A stretch of DNA of 64,000 nucleotides, taken from NCBI RefSeq assembly GCF_022045235.1, contig NW_027266302.1, forward strand, positions 186,001 through 250,000. Direction: 5' to 3'. Under the pieces are notes generated by a model. The model was given only the letters and a program-made list of their open reading frames with translations. It was not told where the DNA came from and searched no databases. This DNA is from Haliotis cracherodii (lineage: Eukaryota). The position numbers and the translations under genes are program-made. This document shows positions 1 to 13,419 of this stretch, in pieces. The first letter of the stretch is position 1, and each line of letters starts with the position of its first letter.

Positions 1-2947
1 AAAAGTGTAAGTGTTGAATAGGTGAATATGCAGACCACGCAGGTTAATGAAGCATTCTCTGCACCACGCATCCAGTCATCAGACCTGGCTCATGCACCAG
101 AGACCTCGCCAATAAAATGGCGCTGTTCAGTGCATGGGGCAAGAATAAGTCAGCTTTATCTACAACTCCCGAGTACAAAGAGCGTGTGTGGCTGCTTGTG
201 TCTTCCCCACAAGCATCTGCAGAATCTATCATTGACAAAAGAGTACTTTATTACACCGTTTTTCACTCCCTATCTCCACGATCTATTTGATATCACAGCC
301 ATAGTTTGCTTATCAGTGTTTTGTTTTTTTATTTCTCACCTGTGAAGAGTGTGACTACCTGTACATTTGTACTTCTTCTAGACACAAGCCTATTCAGGGC
401 TGGTGTTCTCCACAACCAGATTTTTCTCTAACCCTTCCTAAGTGGCCCACCCAGGAAAGATCAGCTTTTAAATGTGCATTATCTTTATTTCTGTTTTGCC
501 TGCACCAATCTGAACTATCCCTACAGCATTGTCAGTAAACAAGAGTTTCTAAAATCAAATTAAATTCCTCCTTTTTGTAGACTTACAAAAAAATGCCTAC
601 ACTATAGCAGTGATGTGCCAATTTTCACAAAGTATGTTAGTGTTAGACTCTCAATTAACTATACTTGGAAACACAAAACACTTAAGTATTACCAGGTCTG
701 TTGAGTGGGCTTTGCATCGTGAAATCAAGTATTTTATGTACAGTGTTAGTAAGGTAATACCACAGTCTGCTGTACTTGACTCATACTAGCACCTGTAGTC
801 TGTACTCTGAGGTAAAACTGTACTGCAATGACACACTAAAAACACGAAACTATGGAGTCTGTAGTCTGTACTCTGAGGTATACGATCATCTTAGCTAGTG
901 CAACGATTGCTATGTGGAACGGGGCCCAGTACAGGTGAGCCAGAAATAAAAATCATGAATAAGGGGTTTTCACACACAACATCTTCAAGAAGTTGCAATC
1001 CAAATGAAATGGAATAGATTTCCAAGCTCTCAACCTTTCTAAAGTTTGAGCAAGTGAAGCCGACCCTTTCGAAAATCCATGTTTAGGTTATCTCCCTGAA
1101 ACCTATCTGTCTCTTATTGGAATTGGCTCCAGCTGAGAGACACATATTATCTTACACTCCAACACAATGTTTTATCAAGAACCTTTCCTGGAGTCATTTA
1201 GATGGTCCCCATTCTACAGCAGCCCTTGGATCTATCTCTGTATTGCTTCAACCCTCTGTCACTGTCTAATGACAAATATGCTATTACTCTGCCAGTTCCA
1301 GACTGATGGAAACCATTGGCGCCATGACATATCTACTGTATTCTCAGATCTTTAAAAAATCCATTACATAATATCAATAGTTTTTCTCCATATTGCCTCC
1401 ACTGCAATTTCTATTTGTTAGAATGGTTTTATGTGTAGTTGGAGACTAATTTGAAGGATTCTGGACAGTGTTTTACAGAGAGGGATGGAATTCTACACAT
1501 TTGATTGATGACTCTGCTCCCAGTACAAGATTTTTGATGCAATATTGCCAGAATGACTCAGATTTATTTAAAGGTTTCAAAAAATCTTTCAAAAGCCTCC
1601 TTAAATTACCATAAAGTTTCTTTGATATTAAAACATTTTATTCAAGCTTATACTGATATACTGTCATTGCAAGATAGGTTGTGTGATCTGCAGATAAATT
1701 GTCTGATCGTGTGTGTGTCATATTGAGTTCATAAAACAATAGGTTTTTGTAGATACACAAAGTTGATTTAAATCAGTGTGATACACACATTACTGTAATA
1801 TTCTTGTTTTGATCCATACTTAGTAAATAACTACAGAGAAGAAGCAGTATCTTCTATAGAGACTATCATGTGATGGTTATAGTGTGACTATCACTTTAAC
1901 AATGATAGATTGTGACATCCTGTACCAGGTTACGTGACATCACTAAGGCACCGACCATTTGATATTCTGGGAGGGCTGTGGTTTTGTATCAAGATCTGTT
2001 GTTTTCAGCTACAGGTATTTTTGTATTTAAAATTATGAGCCTAGTTTATTTTACAAAAAATACCTATGGTATATAATTTTGTGGCAGTCAATTTCATTTT
2101 TTCCAACAGTCATGAGTACAGGTGAGCTATGTAGGGGTTTTAGTGACTCATATCTTGAATCCCCGATGAATAACAAGCTGATATAGTTCATGATATGCTG
2201 ATCTACTGTAGGATATACTGATCATGTGAAACGATAAACATCATCTTGGTAGAAATTCTTTATCCTTTTATGTTGTCCCAAATGAAATATTGACATGCAT
2301 GTTTACCAGATGCAAAAACAAACATTTAAATAAGAAAAGTATTTGCATGGGAAGAAATAGTTATTTGTCTGGCAATATTCCCAAGATAATACTTTCTTGA
2401 AATGATTCCCTGGTTAATCTCTTATGTGCATGATTACAAGGATGACAAGAAAATGGTAAACGTTACAATATATAATAAAAAGGAATATTTCAAATTACAG
2501 TGATCCTAGGAAGAAAATAATTACATCATTAACAAAACATAACATTTACAAATGTAGCATAATTACAACTGGATAACTTTACATAAGCTAATGAAACTCA
2601 AGATTTTTTTATTATTTCCACTAATAACGCACCTGCCTGGAAATCAGGTTATTATTTTTGTGTCAAATTGTATCTATGTGTAAAAAATATCAATACTGAC
2701 ATCTCCAAGATAATTGGATCATAAAAATACTCCCTTATCCATTACCTATTTTTTGAAACATAGATATATCCATTAGGGTAAGCATGAATACTACAGCCAT
2801 TAAAACCATCCTTCATTACGTTCCACTGATGGAGCGAGCTTTATTACTTCAGACAGGTAAGAAAATTGAAAACATGCCTTGAAACACATTAACATAACAT
2901 TTTCTACTTTATTAGTTTTGATGTAAAAATTTAGTGAAAAACTGTTC

Positions 2948-3057
2948 TCAAATTTTAACCATATGGTAACATTTTACGGATTTAAGATTTGTTGGCAGGG
3001 TTGAGGGTATTTCATTAGGACCAATCTGTGTGGTTTCAACACTCAGACGTTCTCCGT
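2948..3057 (-). CDS. Candidate phase-1 alternative terminal exon, (D)GERLSVETTQIGPNEIPSTLPTNLKSVKCYHMVKI*
   Basis: Strong minus-strand acceptor gtatttgccactttttttcag, then 35 sense codons in phase 1 to TGA. AATAAA lies about 35 nt after the stop (tttatt at ~2908-2913). No homology recognised. Confidence 0.35.
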
Positions 3058-4281
3058 CTGAAAAAAAGTGGCAAATACACTCCATGTGTACAAACAGGTT
3101 CAAAGGGGGATGTAGAGATTAACCCTTCATAGTTTCAGCTAATTTTCAAACCAGAAAAACATTTTGAAATGTAAGAAAAATGTTTGGAAAACTCTTTCCA
3201 GAGCAAGCAAGCAAACCTTAAAAATGCTTACAATTTTTAACAGTTTAATAAAACATACTATTGTTTGTTGTCATTGCAAAAGTTTTCCCAGCAGCTTTTT
3301 TGAAAGCAAGAACAATATTGAGTCCTTTGCACAGCATCAGCTATTCTCAATGGAAGAACAACTTGAAGGCCATTACATTAGGATTTGGTGCCAAGTATTC
3401 CAGTACTTCAGTACTTTGGTACCAGAATGACCCTAGCCTTGCTTCAAGACTGTTCTGTATGATAAGTTCATGAGTGTATTAAGTATTTCTATCCTTATAA
3501 TGGGCAAGTCTAGCTAAGCGGAGAGGACAGTGTCTCGGGGAAATCAGGATTTAACAAGTCTCTAAGGACAACATGTTCTTGTTATTTATACAATCTAAAA
3601 ATCATGATTTAAACTAATAATGTTTGCCTTAGAGACTTGTGCAAGTCTAGAGTGACCCCTGAAGATCAGAAGACTTGTGACTGGCTCTTCATAGTCACAG
3701 ACCTGAAACTGGGCACTGAGATGTGTTTGAGATTTGTTTGGTTTCTTTTCACTACCCAAGTCAGCAATACCCCATCTTTATCAAGCTGTAAATATGTTGC
3801 CAGTCTTGATAAAACAAATACTGTCAGAGTACGATGACATGATCTTGTTAGTTGCTTCTTATGACAGGTATAGGTTAGATAACTCAGGACCTATTCTAAC
3901 CTGGAATCCCACAATTACACTTGCACAAGTCTCTAAAGCAATACTTAGCAGTTTACATGATAATTTCTAGATTATATAAATAATAAGAACAAGTTGTCCC
4001 CACAAAAGACTGGCTTCCCTGTAATGTCCGCTCATCTAGATTTGCCTATCATGAGGATAGAATTACGACACATTCATGTACTTTCTGTAGAGCCTCATTC
4101 AGTAGAGCCTTGGAGCAAGGCTATCCCAAAATGTGAAACCCATTCTCTGAGTGCTCCACCCAGATAGGGCTTGAATGATGCAAAAAGTGACATAATACCC
4201 AACACTCTGTCAGACATGCCTGATAGCAGCTACTAGTTCACCTGCTCCAGGTGTGACTTATATAAGGGCAGGCAACAGTCA

Positions 4282-4548
4282 GTTGGTTGGTTTGATGTTT
4301 AACGCCGGACTCAGCAATATTCCAGCTATATGATGGCGGTCTGTAAATAATCGAGTCAGGACCAGACAATTCAGTGATTAATATCATGAGCATCGATCCA
4401 TTAGCAATTAGGATCGATGACATGCATCAACCAAGTCAGCGAGCCTGACCACCCGATCCTGTTAGTCACCTCTTACGACAAGCATAGTCACCTTTTATGG
4501 CAAGCATGGGATGCTGAAGACTTATTCTACCCCGGATCTTCATTGGTC
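4282..4548 (-). mobile_element. SINE-like family B, full-length (non-tRNA head with duplicated TTGTCGTAAGAGGCGACTA-like motif; tail ...GCTGGAATATTGCTGAGT.CGGCGTTAAAC + (AACC)n)
   Basis: Aligns by eye with copies at 17682, 56834 and 63782. TSD ggcaacagt at 4271-4279 and 4549-4557. Confidence 0.85.
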
Positions 4549-5115
4549 GGCAACAGTTAGACATCTGAAACTGTGACTAGGATGTAGCATCTTTCTCCCT
4601 CACTGAACCCATTACCATGAAATGTGTTATCTCCAGTTAATCTCAAATAAAATAATCTTGATAATCTCAAATAAAATAATCTCCAGTTAATTTCATATAA
4701 AAGGAAGCAAAAAGTAACTATCATTAGGCAATATGCAAATCTTATGATTGATTAGTTTTTTTGATGATGTTTTGCAATTTCACTTCAACCAAAATAAAAG
4801 CACCATTGGCTTAAAAACATATTAATAACAAATTTGAATTTTTACTTTATAAAGGCTAATAACCTCTTCCAATAATTGCAGCAATTATGATATGACTACA
4901 AATACACTTTATCCCAACCAACAACCAACCTACAGTACATTATCAGCTTAAATCTCTTCCAAACAGCTGTTTCCCTCCATTTGTCATATACTATTGCCCA
5001 GTCTGCTGTAGTGCTACTGAATTTCAAACCTGTCAACTTTTTTAGTCAACTTATAGATGAATCCTACTTCAAAATGTGAAAAACCAAAGAAAGTGGCTCT
5101 GATACCTGACAATAC

Positions 5116-5139
5116 CTGCACAAGACTGACTGCATGGAT
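5116..5139 (-). CDS. Candidate 24-nt phase 1-1 micro-exon, (D)PCSQSCA
   Basis: ttatagattttcag|ATCCATGCAGTCAGTCTTGTGCAG|gtattg. Length 3n, no stop, moderate donor. Confidence 0.2.
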
Positions 5140-6246
5140 CTGAAAATCTATAATATTCCATAAATGTTTTAATTGTACATTGCCTTCAAAACTGTGCGTG
5201 GTTCTCGTTGGTGTTTCTAGACCCTCCTTGTGTATCAGCTGAACCCACCCCATATCTCTAATCCCCATACCCTTTCTGCCAAGACAAACCTATGGCCTGT
5301 CTAGAGCTTACTGTCAAACCATGCCACTCCACCCACCTACAGGCCCGAACCAGTACTGTTCACAACCTGTATGGCACCTAAACCTTCTTTTCCCCATCCT
5401 ATCCTCTTGACCTGATCACCGATCTCTACCCTACCTACCCACACTATCTCAGAAGTGTCTATGACTTCCACGTCAAATTATTCCCCTCGACCTGATGGCA
5501 AACCTCTACCCCACCTACCACCACTATCTCACAAGTGTCTGTGTCTTCCATGTCAAATCATCCCCTCTGCCCTACAGTCATACCAAGTCTCCCTATACCT
5601 GTTACTGGTGATGCCTGGAGACCTTCCTCGTCATATCATAACCATACAGGAAACCATCTCCCTCATTCCTGGTTTATCAGGAAGATATCTGCCATGTCGG
5701 CTGTCAGATTCCTTCCACCTTCCTCCACATACTGCTCCACCCTCTGTTCCTTCTCCACCCCCTTCCATCTGCAGACAGCGGCCAGGTATGTCACCACATG
5801 CTGGGCTTCCCCTCCCTGCAATCCCTTCTATTCCTCTACCCTCCTACCACCACCCCCAAAGTGTGTTCATCACACGGTTAGCACCACCCCACCCTCTCCA
5901 GTATCTACACACACAGGGCTTCTTAAGGCTTCTGTTCAAAACTCACTTTCACTGATATTTTCATAGCTGAATGTTATTTTTTAGTGACATTAATAATAAT
6001 GATAATTAACGGTGACCTAAAATATTTCCATAATCCGAAGGAATCTCTGCTAATACAGAGTTTATTGTAGGATTCTGACTGAATCTTTCCTTCTTTGACA
6101 TTCTTTATAATGCTCATATAAAACATGACCCTGGGTCTTCCTTCCAGTGCTCATCTCTCCTCATTCTTTCCCATGTCCTATTAACTGATGTCCCATTAAC
6201 TGACCTGTCTACATTTTTAGTTGTCTTCTTCTGTCATCAGTTAAGA

Positions 6247-6555
6247 ATGTGAAACTACCCTTGACCTGAACACGACCTTCAGCTGTTCTCCGCTACCAAC
6301 TGGTGTCAATGTGAAACTACCCTTGACCTGAACACAACCTTCAGCTGTCCTTCCCTAAACAACTGGTGTCAATGTGAAACTACCCTTGATCTGAACACAA
6401 CCTTCAGCCGTCCTTCCCTACCAACAGGAGTCAATGTGAAACTACCCTGGACCTGAACACGACCTTCAGCTCTCTTCTGCTACCAACTGGAGTCAATGTG
6501 AAACGACCCTTGACCTGAATACGACCTTCTGTTGTCCTCTATCTATGACCTGAAC
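6247..6555. repeat. Minisatellite, ~62-bp unit (aatgtgaaactacccttgacctgaacac...), ~5 copies
   Basis: Unit starts at about 6247, 6308, 6371, 6433 and 6495. Confidence 0.9.
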
Positions 6556-6557
6556 TG

Positions 6558-7480
6558 AGCCTCACCCAACCTTCCTTACCCCTAAGCCTCACCCAAAGTC
6601 CCTTACCCTTCAGCCTCACCAAACCTCACCAATCTCCGTTACACTTAAGCTTCACCAAATCTCCCTTACCCTTCAGCCTCACCAAACCTCCCTTACCCCT
6701 AAGCCTCACCCAACCTCCCTTATCCCTAAGCCTTACCCATCTCCCTTACCTTTCAGCCTCACCAAACCTCCCTTACCCTTCAGCCTCACCAAACCTCCCT
6801 TACCCTTCAGCCTCACCAACCTCCCTTACCTCTCAGCCTCACCAAACCTCTCTTACCCCTCAGCCTCACCCAACCTACCTTACCCCTAAGCCTCACCAAA
6901 CCTCCCTTACCCCTACGCTTCACCAAATCTCCCTTACCCTTCAGCCTAACCAAACCTCCCTTACCCCTAAGCTGCTCCAGACACCCCTTACCCCTAAGCC
7001 TCACCTAACCTGCCTTACCCAATCTTCCTTGCCCCTAAGCCTCACCAAACCTCCCTTACCTCTCAGCCTCACCCAATCTCCCTTACCCATCTCCCTTACC
7101 CTTCCGCCTCACCAAACCTCCTTTACCCCTAAGCCTCTCCAAACACCCCTTACCCCTAAGCCTCACCCAATCTCCCTTACCCATCTCCCTTACCCTTCCG
7201 CCTCACCAAACCTCCTTTACCCCTAAGCCTCTCCAAACACCCCTTACCCCTAAGCCTCACCCAACCTGCCTTACCCAATCTTCCTTGCCCCTAAGCCTCA
7301 CCAAACCTCCCTTACCTCTCAGCCTCACCCAACCTGCCCCACCAAACCTCCCTTACCCCTAAGCCTCACCCAATCTCCCTTACCCATCTCCCTTACCCCT
7401 CAGCTTCCATCCAGCCTCCCTAACTCCCGTCAGCCTAATTCACCACCATTACCCCCACAGCTTTCATCCAACCTGCCCCT
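6558..7480. repeat. C-rich minisatellite, 27-bp unit (cagcctcaccaaacctcccttaccctt)
   Basis: Direct periodicity. Explains the spurious 9-aa RLRGKGGLV repeat ORF. Confidence 0.9.
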
Positions 7481-7577
7481 AGCAACATCTACCTACCCAT
7501 CCCCGACATCCAGTCCCTTGTCTGCCTCATCCACCCACCCTCACCTCTCCTTCTCTCCTCCCCCTAGCAACCTGTAC

Positions 7578-7607
7578 CTGTCTGTGTTTGGGTCAGGAAT
7601 GTCTCGT
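7578..7607 (-). CDS. Candidate 30-nt phase 1-1 micro-exon, (D)ETFLTQTQT
   Basis: tttccttcccccctatcacaccttgtag|ACGAGACATTCCTGACCCAAACACAGACAG|gtacag. Good pyrimidine tract, 3n length. Confidence 0.3.
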
Positions 7608-9567
7608 CTACAAGGTGTGATAGGGGGGAAGGAAATACCAGCCATAAACAAGGCTACAATCGTAGCACATCTTCCACTAACGGAAGTACAAGCAGATTAA
7701 ACATTGTACATCAGATCAGAAGGCTAGAATGCAGTCATTTGCAAATAAAAACATTGTTGTCAAAGGAAAGTATGTTTGTTGTGTGTATGTTTATCAAAGC
7801 AACTGCACTAGGGATATATCATGTTAGATGGAATCTCAGCATAAAGGTTAGGGCTCGTATCAATAAACACCCAACAGGTTGGTGGCCAGACAATGCATGG
7901 ACTCTGCTGCATATAGCAGTGGGGTAACATATGACACCGCCAGTGTTAACTATCCACAAAGACAAATTGTTTCCATGTTCCAGACTCCATAAGATGCTTA
8001 GAAACACAACATTGAGTTAGTCAATGAACAAAATATTCAATGCTCTGATGAGTATATGGAGTCCTTAGATGTCAGATGGTAACATCAAGTATAGCCTCAA
8101 TATATCTTTCATCTATGCATGGATATGAACCCAGACTTAGGGACAGGCAAACCCACTGGTCTAAAATGTAAGGGAACCTACAGACTGCTTATCTTACACC
8201 TGAAAACTGTATAAACTGAAAGTGATATCGTCACATATGTGAGTGCATATGCCATGGAGGTGTATGCTACTTAACTAAAGAACGTACAGTTATCGTTCCA
8301 TATTGTATACTTGTATTGAAGCTGATGGCTTCAAATACAGTGAATTCCTGTAAATAAGGAAGGTACCGTTCCCAGTTTTGATTTACAAATAAATACATAA
8401 ATTATATAAACAAACAAGCAATGTTAAATAAATCAGGGTGATGGTCACTTTAATTATACCACTCCAAAAAAGTTAAAAGAAAACCTGATTCTTTTATATC
8501 ACTATAGTTAATGTGTCATGGCAAAAACTATAGTTAATCAGTCCTAGCAGGGCATAACATCAACAATTGTAATACGAAAGAACTGGGTGTTCTTTCATTT
8601 CTTTTGTGTAGAATATGTCAATGAACATTCCAGATGGAAACTGGAGGTTCTACTACACCAAATCAGAACCAGTTGGGACAGTGCCTTCAGTGCAGATCTA
8701 GAGATATCTGCAGGCTGTGATTGGAGGATATTGTGTAATATTTTTATGTCTTTTAAATGTACATCCATCCAGATTAAAACTGACCATGGTTTTCTATATT
8801 TAGTACTATCTTTTTCAACATGATGACTTAAGCTGTATGTGACCACAGCTATTTTCAAGTAGGTGACATTTGTTGCTAAACTGGGGGTGGTGTGTTTAGC
8901 TTCCTGTACTCGGAAAAGGAGCTGGCATATTTTTATTGCTGCTCTAAGGTCAAACTGTGCACACATGTACAGGTAATAGCAGTTGAATGCTTAGTTATTT
9001 TAAAAAAAATATATAACATTACTATAGAAGTCTATGGGAAAACATTTGATTGCGTGTAACCTGGACGGCAGGTTTCTGGATTAACAAGGTTTTACTGTAT
9101 AACAAAAGGAACTGATCAAGGACCAAGATGGAATTTCAGCCATGTTGGTCTGTGAGGGTCGGTGTAGTGTGATAATGAAAGTAGTGCTTAGTGGAGACCA
9201 CCTCACAGGAACTACATTACGGCTAACTCTTCAGCTTACAAGACATGCAGAGATAAAAATGTCAGCACTTTCAAGTTTTCAGACTCCTGCTAGGCTAAAT
9301 TACTAGATAATGTTTGGCTCTATTGTTTATCATCATTTCACAGACATATCATGGCAAGCTGATATGAACAGGTTGCTGAACTCAGTGGTCAGATATTATA
9401 ATGATTATAATCATAATCAAATACCACTTATAACGCTTCCATTTCCACAATCATTTTTAAATCTCATGATCACGTTGCTGACACAGCATCTATTTCATCA
9501 GTCACTGACAAGGAGGGAAAGTGTTACATGTCAATGAGATGGATGCATGAATGCAGTGATTAGTCCT

Positions 9568-9705
9568 GAGTGAGCGAGTGATTGGTTTTAGACTACTGTT
9601 AGTAATATCACAGCAATAACAGGGTAAGGGATGTCTGCAATAAGCTTCATACATTGTAGCCATGTGGGGAATTGAACATGGGTCTTCAGTGTGACAAGCG
9701 AATGT
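9568..9705 (-). mobile_element. SINE family A, diverged and 5'-truncated
   Basis: Matches the 48092-48260 consensus (tail gagtgag, ttcatacattgtagccatg, ggtcttcagtgtgacaagcgaa). Confidence 0.7.
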
Positions 9706-10050
9706 CCCACTCTCACTCCCACTCCCATACCCATACCCACTCCCATTCCCCACCCACATCCACTCCCGTACCCACACCCACACCCACTCCCACACGCACT
9801 CCTACATGCACTCCCACACCCTAACCACCCCCTCCCGTACCCACACCCACACCCACACCCACTCCCACACGCACTCCTACACACACTCCCACACCCTAAC
9901 CACCCCCTCCCGTACCCACACCCACTCACACACCAGCACCCACACCCACTCACACACCCTAACCACCCCCTCCCGTACCCACACCTACTACCACACCCAC
10001 ACCTACTACCACACCCACACCCACTCCCACACCCACACCCACACCCACAC
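9706..10050. repeat. (CCACAC)-type compound microsatellite
   Basis: Low-complexity C/A tract. Source of the PH, HT and GC repeat ORFs. Confidence 0.9.
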
Positions 10051-10424
10051 TGATCTGTCACCCCTCCACACCCAGAAGTCAATATGCGGCCTTTCAGAAA
10101 AACCTCCATCCATTGTTGGTCCTGGCAGTTGGTCAACTAAATCTTGAAATCTGGTATCTCAGACAATGTCATAATTTAATGCTTCATGCATCAGGGTCTC
10201 AGCACACAGAGAAGATCAATCACTGGTTCCGCCACAAAGATATACAGTAGGTCATATATCACGTCTCTTGCATGCTATTGTGATAATAAAACACTTCTCC
10301 CTTGCGTCACTAATTCTTTGATGGCCTGTCTTATAACCTACGTGATGGCAGTGTCAGCTATTTATGAGACCTTCAGAAACAGCTACGACATGCGAGGTCC
10401 TCCCGGCTACCTTCTGTTGTTGTA

Positions 10425-10860
10425 TTTGTTTGTTTGTTTGTTTGTTTGTTGATTAACACTGCACTCAGCAATATTCCAGCTATGCAAAGGTGGTCTGTAA
10501 ACACTCAAATCTGGACCAGACAGTCCAATGATTGACATCATGAGCACTGATCTACACAATTGGGCAGCGATGTAATGCGTCAACCAATTCAGCAAGCCTG
10601 ACCAACCAATCCGGCTAGTCGCCTCTTATGACAAGCATGGGTTGTAGGGACAGTGAGGTCAATGCTGTTTTACACCGCAGTCAGCAATATTTCAGCAATA
10701 TAACAGCAGTCTGTAAATCATTGATTCTGGGCTCGACACATCAGTGGTTGACAACATGAGCAATGATCCAAATCGTTTGTGTATGATGACACACTATCAG
10801 TCAGGGCATTCCTGTGATCCCAGGATCTTCATTATTGCTGGTAATTATGACAAACAAGGA
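10425..10860 (-). mobile_element. Two adjacent family B copies (10425-10645; degenerate 10660-10860)
   Basis: (gttt)n tail, cagcaatattccagc, ctggaccagaca, gcctgacc, gtcgcctcttatgacaagcatggg. Confidence 0.75.
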
Positions 10861-10984
10861 AGACTGGAAACTGGTGTGTACTGTTGTGCACTGGTGGCTG
10901 CTGGTGTAGCTAGTGTGTATATTAAAATCTAAAATCCAACACACATCTCAGCATACTCAAGACAATGATTTGAAGAGATGTTTA

Positions 10985-11157
10985 GAGTGAGTGAGTGAGT
11001 GAGTATTGTTTTACCCCCCTTTTAGCAATATTCCAGCAATATCACGGCAGGGGACACTAGAAAATGGGCTTCACACATTGTTCCCATGTCGGGAATCAAA
11101 CCCAGGTCTTCAGCGTGACGAGCCAATGCTTTAACCACAAGGCTACCCGACCTCCCC
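10985..11157 (-). mobile_element. tRNA-derived SINE family A, full-length
   Basis: A/B-box head, (ACTC)n tail, short TSD atgttta. Confidence 0.9.
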
Positions 11158-11300
11158 ACAAATGTTTATAAATCTTGTTTGTAAAGTATCACATATTTAC
11201 ACAACTCTGCATCATTGGATCATAGATCTGGAAATTCATTAATGTAGATGATTGCATTGGGAATACTGTCTGGATTAACAATGTTTCACTGAATATGTGA

Positions 11301-12118
11301 AAAACTAGTACCACTGCACTGTAGCTCACCTGGATATGTATGTAGTTGAAATTCTAAGAAAGGCAGGCATTTAACAGAAGTTGCTGTAAGTACTGACATT
11401 CAAATATTGTGTGCATATATACTGAGTGAGAGTGGGTGAGTTTGGTTTTACGCCGCTTTTAGCAATATTCCAGCAATATCACGGCGGGAGACACCAGAAA
11501 TGGGCTTCACACATTGTACCCATGTCAGGATTCGAACCTGGGTCTTCGGTGTGACGAGCGAACGCTTTAACCACTAGGCTACCCGACCGCCCCCCATATA
11601 TACTGAGGAAACAACAATAAAAAAATCTTTTGGGAACAATATATTTCATACATGCCATAGTTCAGCTCCCTCAGTCTGGCAATTTCTGTGGAGAAGAAGT
11701 TTACAGAGCCAAAGATGCCTTTTGAGAGAATTTAAGACCAATGTCAAAATATATGGTTAAAACTTAAATTATCACGAAAATGGAACATATATGTTGTGCT
11801 CCACTGCTAATTACTCACGTACCAAATTTCAAAAATGTCTGTGTAGTGATCATAAATAGTTTTTTCAATATGGCGGAAATCAAATTCAAACCTCTTGGAC
11901 AAATTGGGGTTTCATCAGTGGTGGGAACAAGTTTGTGACATGTCTGCTTCACTGGTCAGGTAGTTTGTGACATGTCTGCTTCACTGGTCAGGTAGTTTGT
12001 GACATGTCTGCTTCACTGGTCAGGTAGTTTGTGTGGAGAAGATGTTTACGACTCATGTAAATATACCAAACAGGCCGTGACATAAGCGTGCTTGACTTTC
12101 AGTCAGGTGAGCTAAAAA
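11301..12118 (-). mobile_element. Helentron-associated non-autonomous element (HINE/DINE-1-like), with internal 32-bp tandem array and a nested SINE
   Basis: Subterminal inverted repeat tagctcacctg (11322-11332) and caggtgagcta (12104-12114). Adjacent hairpin tgact-ttc-agtca, T-run at the end, 3x32-bp repeat at 11931-12032. TTTTAGCTCACCTG start is like mollusc HINEs (from recall). Confidence 0.65.
11424..11595 (-). mobile_element. tRNA-derived SINE family A, young, inserted inside the HINE
   Basis: Near-identical to the 48092 copy. TSD catatatactgag at 11414-11426 and 11595-11607. Confidence 0.92.
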
Positions 12119-13419
12119 TATGATCAATGAAAGCTTACAGATGCATACTAGTAAGTGTCGGGTTTGCTTAGAAATTGAACTATTTGTATATCAAAAAGAG
12201 ATTTATGTACACCACCATACGTGTTCACTTCTTACAAATATAAAAAAACTGCTGCATGTAAATAGCTAGACTCCAGTTCTAGTTCAGATTGCTTGGCCAG
12301 ATACTCCATATCATACAGTAACGTCATATGTAATAACAGAAGTTTTATGAAATATGTTACAGATATGAATGATCATTGAGAAAACTATATATACATGCCA
12401 TGGACAAAAGTTATAAGTGTACTTTTAATCAGTTCATTTAATAAGTCTTATCAATTTCTTATCAATTCTCTCAAATTGTTTTAATCTTAAACTTTAAATG
12501 ATACAGCAAGCAATGTCTGTAAGCTCCCAAATTCACTTTTCAGAATAGCACACTGTACAGTAGGTAGTTGCTTCAAAATCTCTGCCTTGTAACAGGTGGG
12601 GAGAAAGTTATTATCACACACTCGTAACATATCTCTAACTTTCCACGCTGTCGCGAACAGTACATGCAGAATCCCTGCAATTATCTACCCAAGTCTCAAG
12701 CAAGCTGACAATTTTATCATTAGGACAAGTGTTTTCCACCATCAATTATGCCGCCATTTTGAATTTGTGCGTCTGCTCGCTGGTGGAGCTAAAGCCAGCG
12801 GTAAAACCTAATAGTGAGGTGAGTAATATGCTCTATCAGTGCAAAGTGTAGACAAATCAATCAAAACAAACATTCTTTTTGCAACCATGGTTTTGTGTGT
12901 CAAAAACCTAAGAGAAATGATACAAAGATCGTTATTCAACTCTGAAAGACCACCAACATTTCCCAACTGGGGTGAAAAGTGCTAATTTGATTTTATTTTA
13001 TCATCTTTAGATATCACTCTAAGTCATATCCTAGATAGGTGAGTGTCTGTCCATGAAAACCTAGCTATGTTTTGTCTTAGTCTAACAGCCGTATCAGCAA
13101 TGTTGAAACTGTTATATAAACAATAGGTGTGCAAAACTCTCTTAAGAATACCCTTGATGAAATACTTTTGATGATAAGGCAATAAATTAGGGGCTAGCTT
13201 GGAAGATGAACATCTGTCACTCAATAAAAAGACATCAGATTATTCAGAGAAATGTGTGCAATGTTATGCTGTGTGTTCATTCCACATAATTTGTTTTTAC
13301 ATCTTGTTTGTTTGATGACTCAGATCTTACTTCAAGCCTTCAAGATGACACTTAATCATTAATGTAATAAGTAATATCTAAGCTATAACAGATATAATGT
13401 AGTTATATCAAAGCAATGT

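Noticed and set aside
44-216. Phase-1 terminal exon (D)ACGEDTSSHTRSLYSGVV..., with faint resemblance to the homothorax linker
   Set aside because: It contains a 17-bp exact match (cgtgtgtggctgcttgt) plus flanking similarity to the family C SINE tail, so it is more likely a decayed SINE. The peptide resemblance is too short to support a gene call.
5455-5966. Two overlapping Pro/Ser-rich ORFs of 143-166 aa
   Set aside because: C-rich low-complexity sequence depleted of stops; no recognisable domain.
9588-10147. Gly/Cys-rich and His/Pro-rich ORFs resembling metallothionein or shell proteins
   Set aside because: Translations of a (CCACAC) microsatellite fused to a SINE fragment.
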